Of a stretch of 64,000 bases of DNA, positions 48,869 to 58,710 are shown piece by piece. The translations under genes and the position numbers were made by a program. The notes beneath the pieces are model-generated. The model was not told where the DNA came from and ran no database searches. It saw nothing but the letters and a program-made list of their open reading frames with translations. Source of the DNA: a virus; the IMG/VR virus record IMGVR_UViG_3300045988_155139. One strand, given 5' to 3'. The number at the start of each line of letters is the position of its first letter. The first letter of the stretch is position 1.

Positions 48869-49492
48869 ATGAAGACTTGGAAAAAAGTTGGATTGGTATT
48901 ACCTCTAGTCATATTCATATTATGTCTATTTTGGGTTATGAATTATCTCAATAAATATGACAAAGAATACTATGATGCAATTTTTGATGAGCAAATAAAT
49001 CGAGTAAACCACGTAGTAGAAGCAGTAGACTCTCTGAAATCTATTGGACTGAATTATCAAAATAGTTCTAAGACTTATGATGTGCTAGTGTCTCATGAAA
49101 TTGAGAGAATGAACCTAGAGAAAGGGATTTCTGCTTGTGTTGTTACATTAGATTTTGATTACATAATACCAGAAGACACAAATCCCGATTTGGAAGAATT
49201 ATTTAAAATCGATAGCCAGGAAAAAAATAAACTCCTAACAGAAATGACAAAATCATCATTGGGAGAGGTTGTAGTTGAGAGTGATGGAGCTTTTATGAAA
49301 ATATATTGGAGAGAAATGCCTACCATCAATCCCGGGTATTATGTTGTGGTAGGAGTAGATAATAATCAGATTATTAGAAATGTTAATGTTTTGCCTTTAA
49401 AGATATTTACCTTTATAATATCAATAATAACTTTAGTTTCAATTTATGATAGTTTATTTTTGAGAATAAAACACGAGAGAGCAGAAAAGTAA
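48869..49492 (+). CDS. bitopic membrane protein
   Basis: ATG 48869 after GGAAAGGAGGTG RBS; N- and C-terminal TM helices. Confidence 0.5.
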   Translation: MKTWKKVGLVLPLVIFILCLFWVMNYLNKYDKEYYDAIFDEQINRVNHVVEAVDSLKSIGLNYQNSSKTYDVLVSHEIERMNLEKGISACVVTLDFDYIIPEDTNPDLEELFKIDSQEKNKLLTEMTKSSLGEVVVESDGAFMKIYWREMPTINPGYYVVVGVDNNQIIRNVNVLPLKIFTFIISIITLVSIYDSLFLRIKHERAEK

Positions 49493-49506
49493 AAGGGAGT
49501 GTAGAG

Positions 49507-49851
49507 ATGAACAATTTAAACCTGTTTGAAATAACCCTGAACATGTTATTGGCTGCTCTTGGAGGAATCGTTAAAAGATTAGTTGAATTAGAGAACAGCA
49601 AGGAAGATGTTCCTACAAAGTTTTTTGTAATATCTGCAGTGATAGGGGTCTTCACAGGAATGTTGGTCTACTTCGCATTAAAAGGACTAAACTGGAATGA
49701 ATATGTCATTGTAGCCTGTGTCTCTCTCAGTGGATTTATGGGAAACAGTCTTTTGAAGGTTCTCTCTAAGATAGCGGTCTTGAAAATAGAAAAAGAGTCA
49801 GGGGTCAAGATAGAAAATGAGGAGAAAGAAAATAGAGAAAATGGAAAGTAG
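49507..49851 (+). CDS. small membrane protein (2-3 TM)
   Basis: 114 aa hydrophobic, charged C-terminus. Confidence 0.5.
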   Translation: MNNLNLFEITLNMLLAALGGIVKRLVELENSKEDVPTKFFVISAVIGVFTGMLVYFALKGLNWNEYVIVACVSLSGFMGNSLLKVLSKIAVLKIEKESGVKIENEEKENRENGK

Positions 49852-49856
49852 TTGAG

Positions 49857-49893
49857 ATGAGAATTAGAATTTATCACTAATTCTCATTTTATT
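49857..49893 (+). terminator. rho-independent terminator
   Basis: GATGAGAATTAG...CTAATTCTCATTTT. Confidence 0.7.
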
Positions 49894-50087
49894 GTCGAAA
49901 AAATAGATTTTTAGAAAATTCTCTTGAAAAGGGAAGGCCATATTTTAATTTTAAGACATTTTTATTTTAAACTAATGTAATTACTAGTCTAAACCAGGAA
50001 ATTGCCTTAAATTTTATCCTGAAGCCAAACCGGGTAATTTTCCCCATTTTCGGAGTTTTTTCTATAGGGTATACCTCCCATTTCCTA

Positions 50088-50124
50088 ATAAACTGTTTAC
50101 ATTTTACTTAAAATGTGATATAAT
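50088..50124 (+). promoter_or_regulatory. conserved phage promoter
   Basis: TAAACTGTTTACA (-35 50096-50101), 17 nt, TGATATAAT (50116-50124). Confidence 0.6.
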
Positions 50125-50156
50125 TATTATAATAATAGAAAAGGAGGTAAAACCAC

Positions 50157-50501
50157 ATGGAAAGAATAGATATAGATATATTATTAAACAAATCTGCATG
50201 CAAAGTTATTGACCAAAAATGGAAAGAAATAAATGCTGAACAAGAAGCTGGATTAAATGGTCCAGACATTAGACCAGAATATGTCAGAAATCTAAAACAT
50301 CAAAACCGATTACTTAAGACTCTTCTAACTTTAATTGGAATATTAGGTTTAATCACTTTGATTTTTCCAGAAATTTGGAATATAATTATAGCATTTGCAA
50401 TTGTCATCGCTATAGTTGGATTTATTCCTTTTACAATTTGGTTACTCCTATTTTCAAAACATCCAACTGGGTTTGGAATTTATTATGACCAAAATAAATA
50501 G
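50157..50501 (+). CDS. membrane protein
   Basis: 114 aa, two adjacent TM helices. Confidence 0.5.
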   Translation: MERIDIDILLNKSACKVIDQKWKEINAEQEAGLNGPDIRPEYVRNLKHQNRLLKTLLTLIGILGLITLIFPEIWNIIIAFAIVIAIVGFIPFTIWLLLFSKHPTGFGIYYDQNK

Positions 50502-50525
50502 ATTTTGGAGAAAGGAGTGAAATCA

Positions 50526-50705
50526 ATGAAACCAATGCAAAGAAAAATCAAGAGACCAACTGGAGATTGTTTTAATTGTGAACATTGTCAATATTATGGA
50601 GAGGGAGATAGTTTCTGTGATATTGACTATACTTTTGTATTGGAAGATTGGACACCTACCGAAAAATTCAAATTTTGCAAAGGGAAGGAGTGGAAAAGAA
50701 ATTGA
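50526..50705 (+). CDS. Cys-rich zinc-binding protein
   Basis: CFNCEHCQYY...C...C; ATG 50526 after AAAGGAGTG. Confidence 0.45.
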   Translation: MKPMQRKIKRPTGDCFNCEHCQYYGEGDSFCDIDYTFVLEDWTPTEKFKFCKGKEWKRN

Positions 50706-50956
50706 AAGTAAAAGTAAAATCAGATGGAATACCATTAGAATTGGAAGTGTATAAAGTTCAAATAGCTTTATTCGGAGGACCATCAGCACTAATTTACAAT
50801 GAAGACAGAACTGAAATCTGGCAAGAGGATGAACCAGAAAAAGTTAAGGTAATTTCAAAATTTGTTAGAAATAAACCAAAAGCTTTTGTAGCTGGTTATC
50901 TTAACGACAAAGGACAAATTTGTTTAGAAAAATTATTGGAAGGAGAATGGTTTTAA
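50702..50956 (+). CDS. hypothetical protein
   Basis: TTG 50702 after AAGGAG; track ORF extends upstream with 58 nt overlap. Confidence 0.35.
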   Translation: MKVKVKSDGIPLELEVYKVQIALFGGPSALIYNEDRTEIWQEDEPEKVKVISKFVRNKPKAFVAGYLNDKGQICLEKLLEGEWF

Positions 50957-51417
50957 TGACTGTAGATGGAAATAAAAGTAGAAGAAGTCTAAGAGAATAT
51001 TATATACAATTTAGACCAACAATGGAAGAAAAAGGAGATTTTGAGGAGACGGGTGACGGTTACAAATATAAATCTAATCAAATATTTTATCCGGGAGACA
51101 TAGTTTATGTAAGAGCCAATTCCTCAAGAAATCCTGAAAATACAAATGAAGCTTTTGCCCAAGGTAACACTCAAGAAGTTTTAAGAGAAGCTGTAATTGT
51201 AATGGGAAGGTTATGGTTACCCGGAAAAATTTCAAATAAAAATCCAGAGTCAGGTAAAAGAATTTTGGGACTAGTCAAAAGAAATGGTTATATTTTCAAA
51301 AATAAAACAGCATTAAATCATCCTGAGGTCAGAAAGAATTATTGGAAAATAGTTCCACCTTATGTTCATCGTTTAGAGAATATTAAGAAAAGGTTAGAGA
51401 AATATGGCAGAATTTAA
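50950..51417 (+). CDS. hypothetical protein
   Basis: ATG near GGAAGGAG RBS. Confidence 0.45.
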   Translation, partial: VLMTVDGNKSRRSLREYYIQFRPTMEEKGDFEETGDGYKYKSNQIFYPGDIVYVRANSSRNPENTNEAFAQGNTQEVLREAVIVMGRLWLPGKISNKNPESGKRILGLVKRNGYIFKNKTALNHPEVRKNYWKIVPPYVHRLENIKKRLEKYGRI

Positions 51418-51604
51418 AAAACCTAAAACTTGTGGATTTCAGGATTGTCCTGACACACATTCTCTTATAAGGGGTTCTCTCTGTGAGATATATTATCCCT
51501 ATGGTGGACTTAAATGTAGAAAACATTTTAAAATCTGGTTAGAAAATGACCCGGAAGTCAAAAGATTAGATGATGAGTATAGAAAGGAAAAAGACCATGA
51601 ATGA
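51404..51604 (+). CDS. Cys-rich small protein
   Basis: CGFQDCPDTH...C...C. Confidence 0.4.
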   Translation: MAEFKKPKTCGFQDCPDTHSLIRGSLCEIYYPYGGLKCRKHFKIWLENDPEVKRLDDEYRKEKDHE

Positions 51605-52271
51605 AGAATGGAAAGATATTGAGGGGTATGAAAATAAATACCAAGTTAGTGATTTTGGAAATGTTAGAAGTTTGAACTTTAACAATACTGGTAAGATTAA
51701 GCTTTTAACTCAAAAACTAAACAGATATGGTTATTATGAAGTATGTTTATCCAAAAATAACAAACGTAAATTTCATTTGGTTTCGACTTTAGTAGGTAGA
51801 GCATTCGTTTCTAACCCTCAAAATAAACCTAAAATTATGCATATCGATGGTGATACCAAAAACAATAAGTCGACTAATTTAAGATGGTGCTATGAATTTG
51901 AGATTAAGTTCAATATGTATAAACAAGGTAAAAGAAAAATTGGTCATCCAAGTAATAATACTGTTTCATATAATAACAAAAGATATAAATCATATGCTGA
52001 CATGGCCAGAGATAATAAGGTCGGTAATCCTAGAGAACTATATAAAAGATTACAAAGAGGTTGGCAATTAGATTTAGCTCTCGAAGTTAAAGTTGACCCG
52101 AGACATAAAGGTGGTAAACCCTATTATTATGACTATTATGGTAAACTTATGACAGTATATGAAATTAGTGAAATCACAAAAATTCCAGCTGGATTGATTA
52201 ACAAAAGATTAGGAAGGGGTTGGAACATATATGAAGCCTCAGAATTAGAAGTAGGAAGGAGGAGAATTTAA
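51597..52271 (+). mobile_element. homing endonuclease-like protein (NUMOD4 N-terminus, HTH C-terminus)
   Basis: MNEEWKDIEGYENKYQVSDFGNVRSL NUMOD4-type motif; C-terminal GKLMTVYEISEITKIPAGLINKRLGRGW. Confidence 0.5.
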
Positions 52272-52729
52272 TGAATAAACAATCCATTGAAAGAATAAAT
52301 CAGTTAGCCCATCTTTTCTCTCGAAAATCATATGGCGAAGTCATATACTATAATGAGGCTGAAGAAATTTTGAAAATCTATCGAGAAGAAAGAAAATTTG
52401 GAATATATGTCAAAAGAGCAAAAGATTTAGCTATTGAGCAAAGCAAAGTTTTAAAAGCTATTCCCAGTGTGGGTTGGCAAGTTTTAAAACCTTATCAAGT
52501 TTCTGGATATGTTTACAGAAAATATATCAACACAGCAGCAAATAGGTACATTTATAGTGATTTTATATTATCAAATTTGGAAACTTCTAACCTAAGTGAA
52601 GAAAGAAAAGAAGAATATTCTGATGTTCGAGATTTATCTTTGGTCTTACAAAGGTTAACCCATAAAACCATCCAAGAAAGTAGATATTACCAAAGAAAAG
52701 AATATTATGAAAGTTTGAAAGACGAATAG
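52271..52729 (+). CDS. hypothetical protein
   Basis: 152 aa. Confidence 0.45.
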   Translation: MNKQSIERINQLAHLFSRKSYGEVIYYNEAEEILKIYREERKFGIYVKRAKDLAIEQSKVLKAIPSVGWQVLKPYQVSGYVYRKYINTAANRYIYSDFILSNLETSNLSEERKEEYSDVRDLSLVLQRLTHKTIQESRYYQRKEYYESLKDE

Positions 52730-52829
52730 GAGAGACGGAGACGGAAAGTCCAGAAGAAAAAAAGCAAAAAGAAGAACACAATCAAAAGAAAGTACGAGAC
52801 GATTGAGAAAAAAGAGAAAGGAGAAATAA

Positions 52830-54113
52830 ATGAAAACAATACCTTATGATTATCAAGAAAAAATTGCTAATGATATTTTAGAGAGTGGTGATTATGCCAA
52901 AGCTCTGTTCATGGATATGGGTACAGGTAAAACCATCACTAGTTTATTGGTTTTTGAAAAATTGTGGGAACAAAATAAAGTAGACAGAATTTTAGTTGTT
53001 TGTCTTAAAAACAAAATTGGGGATTGGAAAGAAGCTATAGAAGATGAATTTGCATACCCTCCAACATATGAAGTTATAAACTTTGAAAGTATTTGGAGAA
53101 CTAAACGTGCTGAGTATTATAAGAATTTTATAACACCAAGAACAATGATTATCATTGATGAGAGTCACAAAATGAAATCTCACAAAACTAAAATTACCAA
53201 ATATCTATTATCTATTTATGATAGAACCAAATATAAACTTATTCTGACAGGAACTCCTCAGAGTGAAGAATATATTGACTATTATCCACAAATGAAATTT
53301 ATAAATGCTAGAGATTATGATATACCTTATAGAAAATTTGAAGACACATATGTCATAAAAACTTTAGATACTTCTGGAGCACATTTTTATTGGACTATTC
53401 AGGGTTACAAATATCCAAGAATATTACAAAAAGGAATAGTTGAAAAATCATACTATCACAAATATACTTCACAATATGACAAACCTGTTGAGATTTTCCA
53501 AGATATTGAGCATTCTAAAGAAGCTATTAAGTTCCAAAAAGACAGAGTATGGGTAGACCCAGATAAAGAAAGAGGAGAAGATGTCATTGCCGATACTCAA
53601 TTTGCACTTAGGATTTACTTAAGACAAAGTTGTTCCGGATTTATTAAAGATTATGACATAAGCTCACCTAAAGAAGAATGGCTCAAAGATTTTTTGGAAA
53701 TTACTCCATATAGGGTAGTTATATTCGTAAACTTCATAAGAGAAATAGAAAAGATTAAAGAATTATGTCAAAAATTAAAAAGACCAGTTGGAGTTTACTA
53801 TGGAGCAGTAAAAGATTTAGCTCCATTTAAAGAAAATGAGAATGGAATAGCTATAGTTAACTATCAGTCAGGTGCGGTTGGAATAAATGACCTTTGTATT
53901 GCCAATATTGGAGTTTTCTATAGTCCACCAGATGGTAACTATATTTTGTATGCTCAGGCTAAAGCTAGATTAGATAGAATTGGCCAAAAGAAACAACCTG
54001 TATTTTATTTTCTACAGACCAAAGGTAGTCTGGAAAGAGCTATTTATGATAATCTTAGAAAAGGTCAAGATTTCGATGATAAAATGTTTGAGGCTTGGTT
54101 AAAAAAGCATTAA
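52830..54113 (+). CDS. SF2 (SNF2/DEAD-like) helicase
   Basis: motif I FMDMGTGKTITSL, motif II IIDESHKMKS; 427 aa. Confidence 0.6.
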   Translation: MKTIPYDYQEKIANDILESGDYAKALFMDMGTGKTITSLLVFEKLWEQNKVDRILVVCLKNKIGDWKEAIEDEFAYPPTYEVINFESIWRTKRAEYYKNFITPRTMIIIDESHKMKSHKTKITKYLLSIYDRTKYKLILTGTPQSEEYIDYYPQMKFINARDYDIPYRKFEDTYVIKTLDTSGAHFYWTIQGYKYPRILQKGIVEKSYYHKYTSQYDKPVEIFQDIEHSKEAIKFQKDRVWVDPDKERGEDVIADTQFALRIYLRQSCSGFIKDYDISSPKEEWLKDFLEITPYRVVIFVNFIREIEKIKELCQKLKRPVGVYYGAVKDLAPFKENENGIAIVNYQSGAVGINDLCIANIGVFYSPPDGNYILYAQAKARLDRIGQKKQPVFYFLQTKGSLERAIYDNLRKGQDFDDKMFEAWLKKH

Positions 54114-54135
54114 AAAATATTTATAAAAATTTCTA

Positions 54136-54172
54136 ATAAACTGTTTACATTTTACTAAAATTGTTATATAAT
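54136..54172 (+). promoter_or_regulatory. conserved phage promoter
   Basis: TAAACTGTTTACA (-35 54144-54149), 17 nt, TATAAT 54167-54172. Confidence 0.6.
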
Positions 54173-54471
54173 AATCACATAATACAAACAGGGGGAGAAA
54201 GGACATATTATCTTAAGATAAAGCTGATAATATAAGAATTTCAACATTTCTAAATCTGACTGGTTGTTGATATGTTGGTCGTACCATTATCACCCCTTTT
54301 GTATTTATTACAAATAGAAATCATTCTATACTACCTCAAAGAAGGAGAAATGCAATGATAGTTAAATTACCAACTATAAGAAATATAATTAGATATTCAT
54401 TAAAAATTAGAGTAAGCGATTAGTAGGTATTCGCTTACTCAATTTTGTAGTCAAAAGAAAGGAGTAACAAG

Positions 54472-54693
54472 ATGGAAATATTAAATCCTCCACCGGAAGG
54501 AGTTGAATATCAGACAATGAAAGTGTTATTCCACGACGAGGGAACATACTGGCAAGAATGTTATGTTTGGGTAGTAGACCATAAAGTAAAATGTAGACCA
54601 ACTGGAAGGTCAATTACTTCAATGAAGGGTTGGGAAGAAGATTTAAGAACCAAAGAAAGAAGTCGTAGACCAAAGAAAAAGATTGTTAGATAG
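54472..54693 (+). CDS. hypothetical basic protein
   Basis: 73 aa; RBS AAAGGAG. Confidence 0.5.
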   Translation: MEILNPPPEGVEYQTMKVLFHDEGTYWQECYVWVVDHKVKCRPTGRSITSMKGWEEDLRTKERSRRPKKKIVR

Positions 54694-54705
54694 AAAGGAG
54701 AAATC

Positions 54706-55986
54706 ATGGAAATATTAGAAGTTACAAATAGAACAGAAAAGCAGGCCTTAGATACACTTCTTCAAATTGAGCATACTTCTGGAACTAATGCTAAGATTGA
54801 CCTGTTAAAATCACAAAAAGACAATACTTCACTTAAGCACATTTTGGAATTCACTCTAAATCCCTACATTAGGACCGGAATAGGTGAAACCAAATTGGAG
54901 AAATTGGAACTAGGTGAAATCTCAAAAGAACAAGAATGGAGTTTACCGGGTCTGTTTGATTATTTACAAGACAATAATACAGGGAGAGACGAAGATGTAG
55001 CTAAAGTTAAAAAATTCATAACACAACAAGACCCTGAGTATCAGGAAATATTGTCAAAAATCTTTACAAAAACCTTAAATATTGGTATATCGGAAAAAAC
55101 CGTAAACAAAGTATGGTCAGATTTAATTCCTTCTTTTGGAATTCAACTTGCCCATAGGTTTGAAGATTATCTGGATAAATTAGAGAACAAAGAGGTTTTT
55201 ATAACTGAGAAATTAGATGGAAATCGTTGTTTTGCAAAAGTTGAAAATCATATATGTACATTTTACACTAGGAGTGGAAGAGTGATAGAAGGTCTGGATG
55301 ATATAGGCAACGAACTATCTAGATTGACAGAAGGTTGGTACGATGGTGAACTTATATCAAAATCATTCAATGCTACACAAAGTCAAACTCTCAGAAAGGG
55401 TAAAAAGAAAAATCTAGTTTTTAACATTTTTGATTTTCTACTTTTGGGAGAGGTTAGAGACCAACACTGTATTCACGGATATGGAGAAAGAAGAATATTT
55501 TTAGAAAAGATATTCTATGGTATTGAAAAATTTCAATTCGTAAAATTGGTTCCTCTTATTGCAAGAGGTAAATTCGAACAAGATTGGATAATGCATATTC
55601 TAGATGATTACACATCTCAAGGTTCAGAAGGAATAATGTTAAATCTTAACCAACCATATGAGTTCAAGAGAAGTGAAAATCTCATAAAAGTTAAAAAGAT
55701 GTATACACTGGATTTAAAGGTTTTACATGTACAAGAAGGTTCTGGTCAAAATAGAGGTAAACTTGGAAATATTATAGTAGATTATAAGGGTTATGCAGTA
55801 GGAGTAGGCTCTGGTTTTAGTAAAGAACAAAGAGAATATTATTGGCAACACCCTGAAGACATAATTGGAAAAATTGTTGAGATAAAGGCCTTTGAAGAAA
55901 CAACCAATAAAAATGGAACAAAATCTCTTCGTTTTCCAGTATTTCAGAAAATTAGAAAAGATAAAGATATAGAAAGTTATGATTAG
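54706..55986 (+). CDS. ATP-dependent DNA ligase
   Basis: motif I KLDGNR, motif IV EGIMLN, motif V LIKVKK; 426 aa. Confidence 0.7.
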   Translation: MEILEVTNRTEKQALDTLLQIEHTSGTNAKIDLLKSQKDNTSLKHILEFTLNPYIRTGIGETKLEKLELGEISKEQEWSLPGLFDYLQDNNTGRDEDVAKVKKFITQQDPEYQEILSKIFTKTLNIGISEKTVNKVWSDLIPSFGIQLAHRFEDYLDKLENKEVFITEKLDGNRCFAKVENHICTFYTRSGRVIEGLDDIGNELSRLTEGWYDGELISKSFNATQSQTLRKGKKKNLVFNIFDFLLLGEVRDQHCIHGYGERRIFLEKIFYGIEKFQFVKLVPLIARGKFEQDWIMHILDDYTSQGSEGIMLNLNQPYEFKRSENLIKVKKMYTLDLKVLHVQEGSGQNRGKLGNIIVDYKGYAVGVGSGFSKEQREYYWQHPEDIIGKIVEIKAFEETTNKNGTKSLRFPVFQKIRKDKDIESYD

Positions 55987-55998
55987 GAGGTAATTAAA

Positions 55999-56271
55999 AT
56001 GGCAAAACATATGAAAGATGAAAATATAAAATGCGGTATAGACTTTGGAAATAAAGAAAGTCAAACTGTACCAGATATAAAATTCTACGGAGATTATCAT
56101 TTTGGTCAAGCCGGTTGGGTATGTCCAAGATGTGGTAGAATTTGGAGTCCATGCACTTTGGAATGTTATGTTTGTAATTCTCAAAAGGAAGTTGTAACTG
56201 GAACTTTAACATATGATGAGATTATGAAGAAATTGAGTGAACCATCAGCAAGGAGGTTAAAGAATGACTAG
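55999..56271 (+). CDS. zinc-ribbon protein
   Basis: CPRCGRIW...C..C. Confidence 0.45.
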   Translation: MAKHMKDENIKCGIDFGNKESQTVPDIKFYGDYHFGQAGWVCPRCGRIWSPCTLECYVCNSQKEVVTGTLTYDEIMKKLSEPSARRLKND

Positions 56272-56731
56272 ACAAAGATGGAAATTATGTTATGTCGATG
56301 ATTTTGACCTTTGGAATGAAACATTTTTACAATTATACTTTACACCCTTGTCACTAGAAAAACAATGGGGAGACGATTGGGATAATGCACCATATGAACA
56401 TAATGCTGGACTACCTTACATGTATGATTACTCACAACCCGAGCAAGGTGTAAAAGATGGAATGGGGATTTATCCAGAAATTAAACTAAAAACTATATTT
56501 ATAGAAACATCTAGTTGGAAACAGGGTTTATTCACTCCACGAAGTGGATGTAACAATTCTCCATATTCAGTAAAAGACATAAATTCTGGAGCAGTCCCTT
56601 GGGTTACAATTCGAGAAGAGGGTAAATCCAATACATATCTTAAGGCTGGAACCGAATATAATTCAGTGATTAAACAATGTCTAGAGGCTGGACTGAAAGT
56701 TTATACTCGAAAGGAGAAGAAAAATGGATAG
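56264..56731 (+). CDS. hypothetical protein
   Basis: 155 aa. Confidence 0.45.
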   Translation: MTRQRWKLCYVDDFDLWNETFLQLYFTPLSLEKQWGDDWDNAPYEHNAGLPYMYDYSQPEQGVKDGMGIYPEIKLKTIFIETSSWKQGLFTPRSGCNNSPYSVKDINSGAVPWVTIREEGKSNTYLKAGTEYNSVIKQCLEAGLKVYTRKEKKNG

Positions 56732-56894
56732 AATAAAAGTGAAAAAGTGTGTTATTTGTGGTAAAAAATTTGAGGGATATGGTAATAACCCCTGGCCCTT
56801 ATCTAATAAAGGTTATTGCTGTAATGAGTGCAACAACAAAGTTATAGCCCAAAGACTTTTAGATTTTGAAAACAAAAGTAAAGAGGAGGACTGA
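56724..56894 (+). CDS. small zinc-ribbon protein
   Basis: 56 aa ORF not in track; CVICGKKF...CCNECNNK; AAGGAG RBS. Confidence 0.4.
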   Translation: MDRIKVKKCVICGKKFEGYGNNPWPLSNKGYCCNECNNKVIAQRLLDFENKSKEED

Positions 56895-56896
56895 AG

Positions 56897-57310
56897 ATGT
56901 ATAAATTAAGTCGAGAAGAATATCGAAGAATTAAAACGATGAGTAAAGAAGTAATGGAAAAATGGTTGAGCACAAGAAATGCCATAATGTATGAGGGCCT
57001 AAGAAAAGAATTTGAAAATAACTATAAGGAAGAATTACAATGCTCTATTGACTGTTTCATTACTGCTATAGCATATACCCTACACTTTAGCGAAGAAACT
57101 CATTTTGGTCAGAAACGACTTAGTAGTTTTATGGAAGATATGTTAGTAACGGTGGACATGTTCAGAACAGGAGAATATAAACCGGAAGAATATGAAGAAG
57201 AATTAAAGAAAGCCGGAATAAAAATAAATAGTTACGACTATAGCAGAATTTATAAAGAAAAACTGAAAGAAATGGAGTCTAAGAAGGATGAAAAAGTATC
57301 AGAAAGTTAA
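56897..57310 (+). CDS. hypothetical protein
   Basis: 137 aa; RBS AAGAGGAGGA. Confidence 0.5.
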   Translation: MYKLSREEYRRIKTMSKEVMEKWLSTRNAIMYEGLRKEFENNYKEELQCSIDCFITAIAYTLHFSEETHFGQKRLSSFMEDMLVTVDMFRTGEYKPEEYEEELKKAGIKINSYDYSRIYKEKLKEMESKKDEKVSES

Positions 57311-57686
57311 GGAATTGGAAGTTTTAGAGTCTTATTATGATTTCCAGAATGGCCACAACCAATATGGTCTCTGGGTAGATTATATGTCTATCTCAGACCT
57401 AGCCTATTATCTAAAAACTTCTCGTTATCAAATTCAAAAAACATTTAAGTCACTAAAAGAGAAGGGATTTTTAAAGATAGAGAAAATTCCATCCTATTGG
57501 GAGGAATACGACAATGGACTTTATACTACAGGAATTCCGATTTTATATACTAAGGCATATGTGATAACTCCAGAGGGTAGGGAATATATAAACAATCGAA
57601 GAAAGGAGAAAGACAATGGAAATACCAGAAATGGAGGAAAATCCTATGATGAAAATACAACAAACTCTAATAGCTCAGATAGTTAA
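57288..57686 (+). CDS. winged-helix DNA-binding protein
   Basis: DLAYYLKTSRYQIQKTFKSLKEKGFLKIEK winged-helix-like. Confidence 0.4.
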   Translation: MKKYQKVKELEVLESYYDFQNGHNQYGLWVDYMSISDLAYYLKTSRYQIQKTFKSLKEKGFLKIEKIPSYWEEYDNGLYTTGIPILYTKAYVITPEGREYINNRRKEKDNGNTRNGGKSYDENTTNSNSSDS

Positions 57687-58017
57687 AGAACAAGACGAGT
57701 ATACCGTAGAGGTAATAATGAAATATGTAAAAGAAAAACAAGAAGCTGGTGAGCTAGTTACTCCCATCATAATTCCAGAGGGAGAACTTAGACATATTAT
57801 CAATCTTGGCTTAAGCTTATGGGCTCAACAAAAACACATTGGTATATCACAAGAAAATTTATTTGAACAAGAAAATTATATAAATTACTTAAATCATAGA
57901 TTAGATTTATGTGAAAGGAGGTGTGAAGAACTTGAGAGATTTAAACGAGATATTGAACGACAAGCGAGTGAGGAAAATCTACAAGAACGTCCAGACGGAC
58001 AAAGTCTTGAAGATTAA
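57616..58017 (+). CDS. hypothetical coiled-coil protein
   Basis: RBS AAAGGAGAAAG. Confidence 0.45.
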   Translation: MEIPEMEENPMMKIQQTLIAQIVKEQDEYTVEVIMKYVKEKQEAGELVTPIIIPEGELRHIINLGLSLWAQQKHIGISQENLFEQENYINYLNHRLDLCERRCEELERFKRDIERQASEENLQERPDGQSLED

Positions 58018-58022
58018 ATTGG

Positions 58023-58490
58023 ATGTTCATACATTCAAGGGGAAGCAATAAGGCATTGGTATGTTTTACTCGAATAATAGGTTGGGAACATTTATCTGTT
58101 TCATTTACTAATAAAATTCCATCATGGGAAGTTATGCAAGAAATGAAAGAGATGTTTTGGAAAGATGATGAAGATGCTTTTCAATATCACCCTATAAAAG
58201 AGAACTATATCAACAACAATGAATATACTCTACATATTTGGAGACCACTGGAAACCAATATTCCAGTACCACCTTCAATTTTGGTTGGATATAGGGAAAA
58301 TCATTTTGACGAAGACCGAGAAGCAGCTATAAAATTACACGAAGATATAGGAATGCCAATACCCGAAAAAGAATTGAGATTGCTAGAGATGACAGCAACT
58401 AAAGAAGGAAGAGAAAAATTAGAAAAAGAAATAGCTAATATGAGCCCTATAGAATTAGCTAGATTTGCAGCAAGAATGGGTATTATGTAG
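58023..58490 (+). CDS. hypothetical protein
   Basis: 155 aa. Confidence 0.45.
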   Translation: MFIHSRGSNKALVCFTRIIGWEHLSVSFTNKIPSWEVMQEMKEMFWKDDEDAFQYHPIKENYINNNEYTLHIWRPLETNIPVPPSILVGYRENHFDEDREAAIKLHEDIGMPIPEKELRLLEMTATKEGREKLEKEIANMSPIELARFAARMGIM

Positions 58491-58506
58491 AAAGGAGAAA
58501 AGAAAT

Positions 58507-58689
58507 ATGATGACATTCAAATGTGATTGTGGAAACAAGTTTGATTTTAAAGACTCAGCCCTAGAAGATGAACCAGAAGATATTTTAAATTTTGAATTTT
58601 CTGTAGATGAGAAAGATAGAATTCTTATAACTTGTGAAAATTGTGGAAACACTGTTGCCATATGGCCAGAAGGAGAAGAAAAACTATAG
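58507..58689 (+). CDS. zinc-ribbon protein
   Basis: CDCGN...CENCGN; ATG 58507. Confidence 0.45.
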   Translation: MMTFKCDCGNKFDFKDSALEDEPEDILNFEFSVDEKDRILITCENCGNTVAIWPEGEEKL

Positions 58690-58710
58690 AGAAATTGGAG
58701 GAAGTAGAAA

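Noticed and set aside
54347-54355. First ATG (54347) of the putative leader ORF
   Set aside because: ATGCAATGA gives a two-codon ORF. The second ATG at 54352 gives the ~22-codon mini-ORF discussed in the findings.
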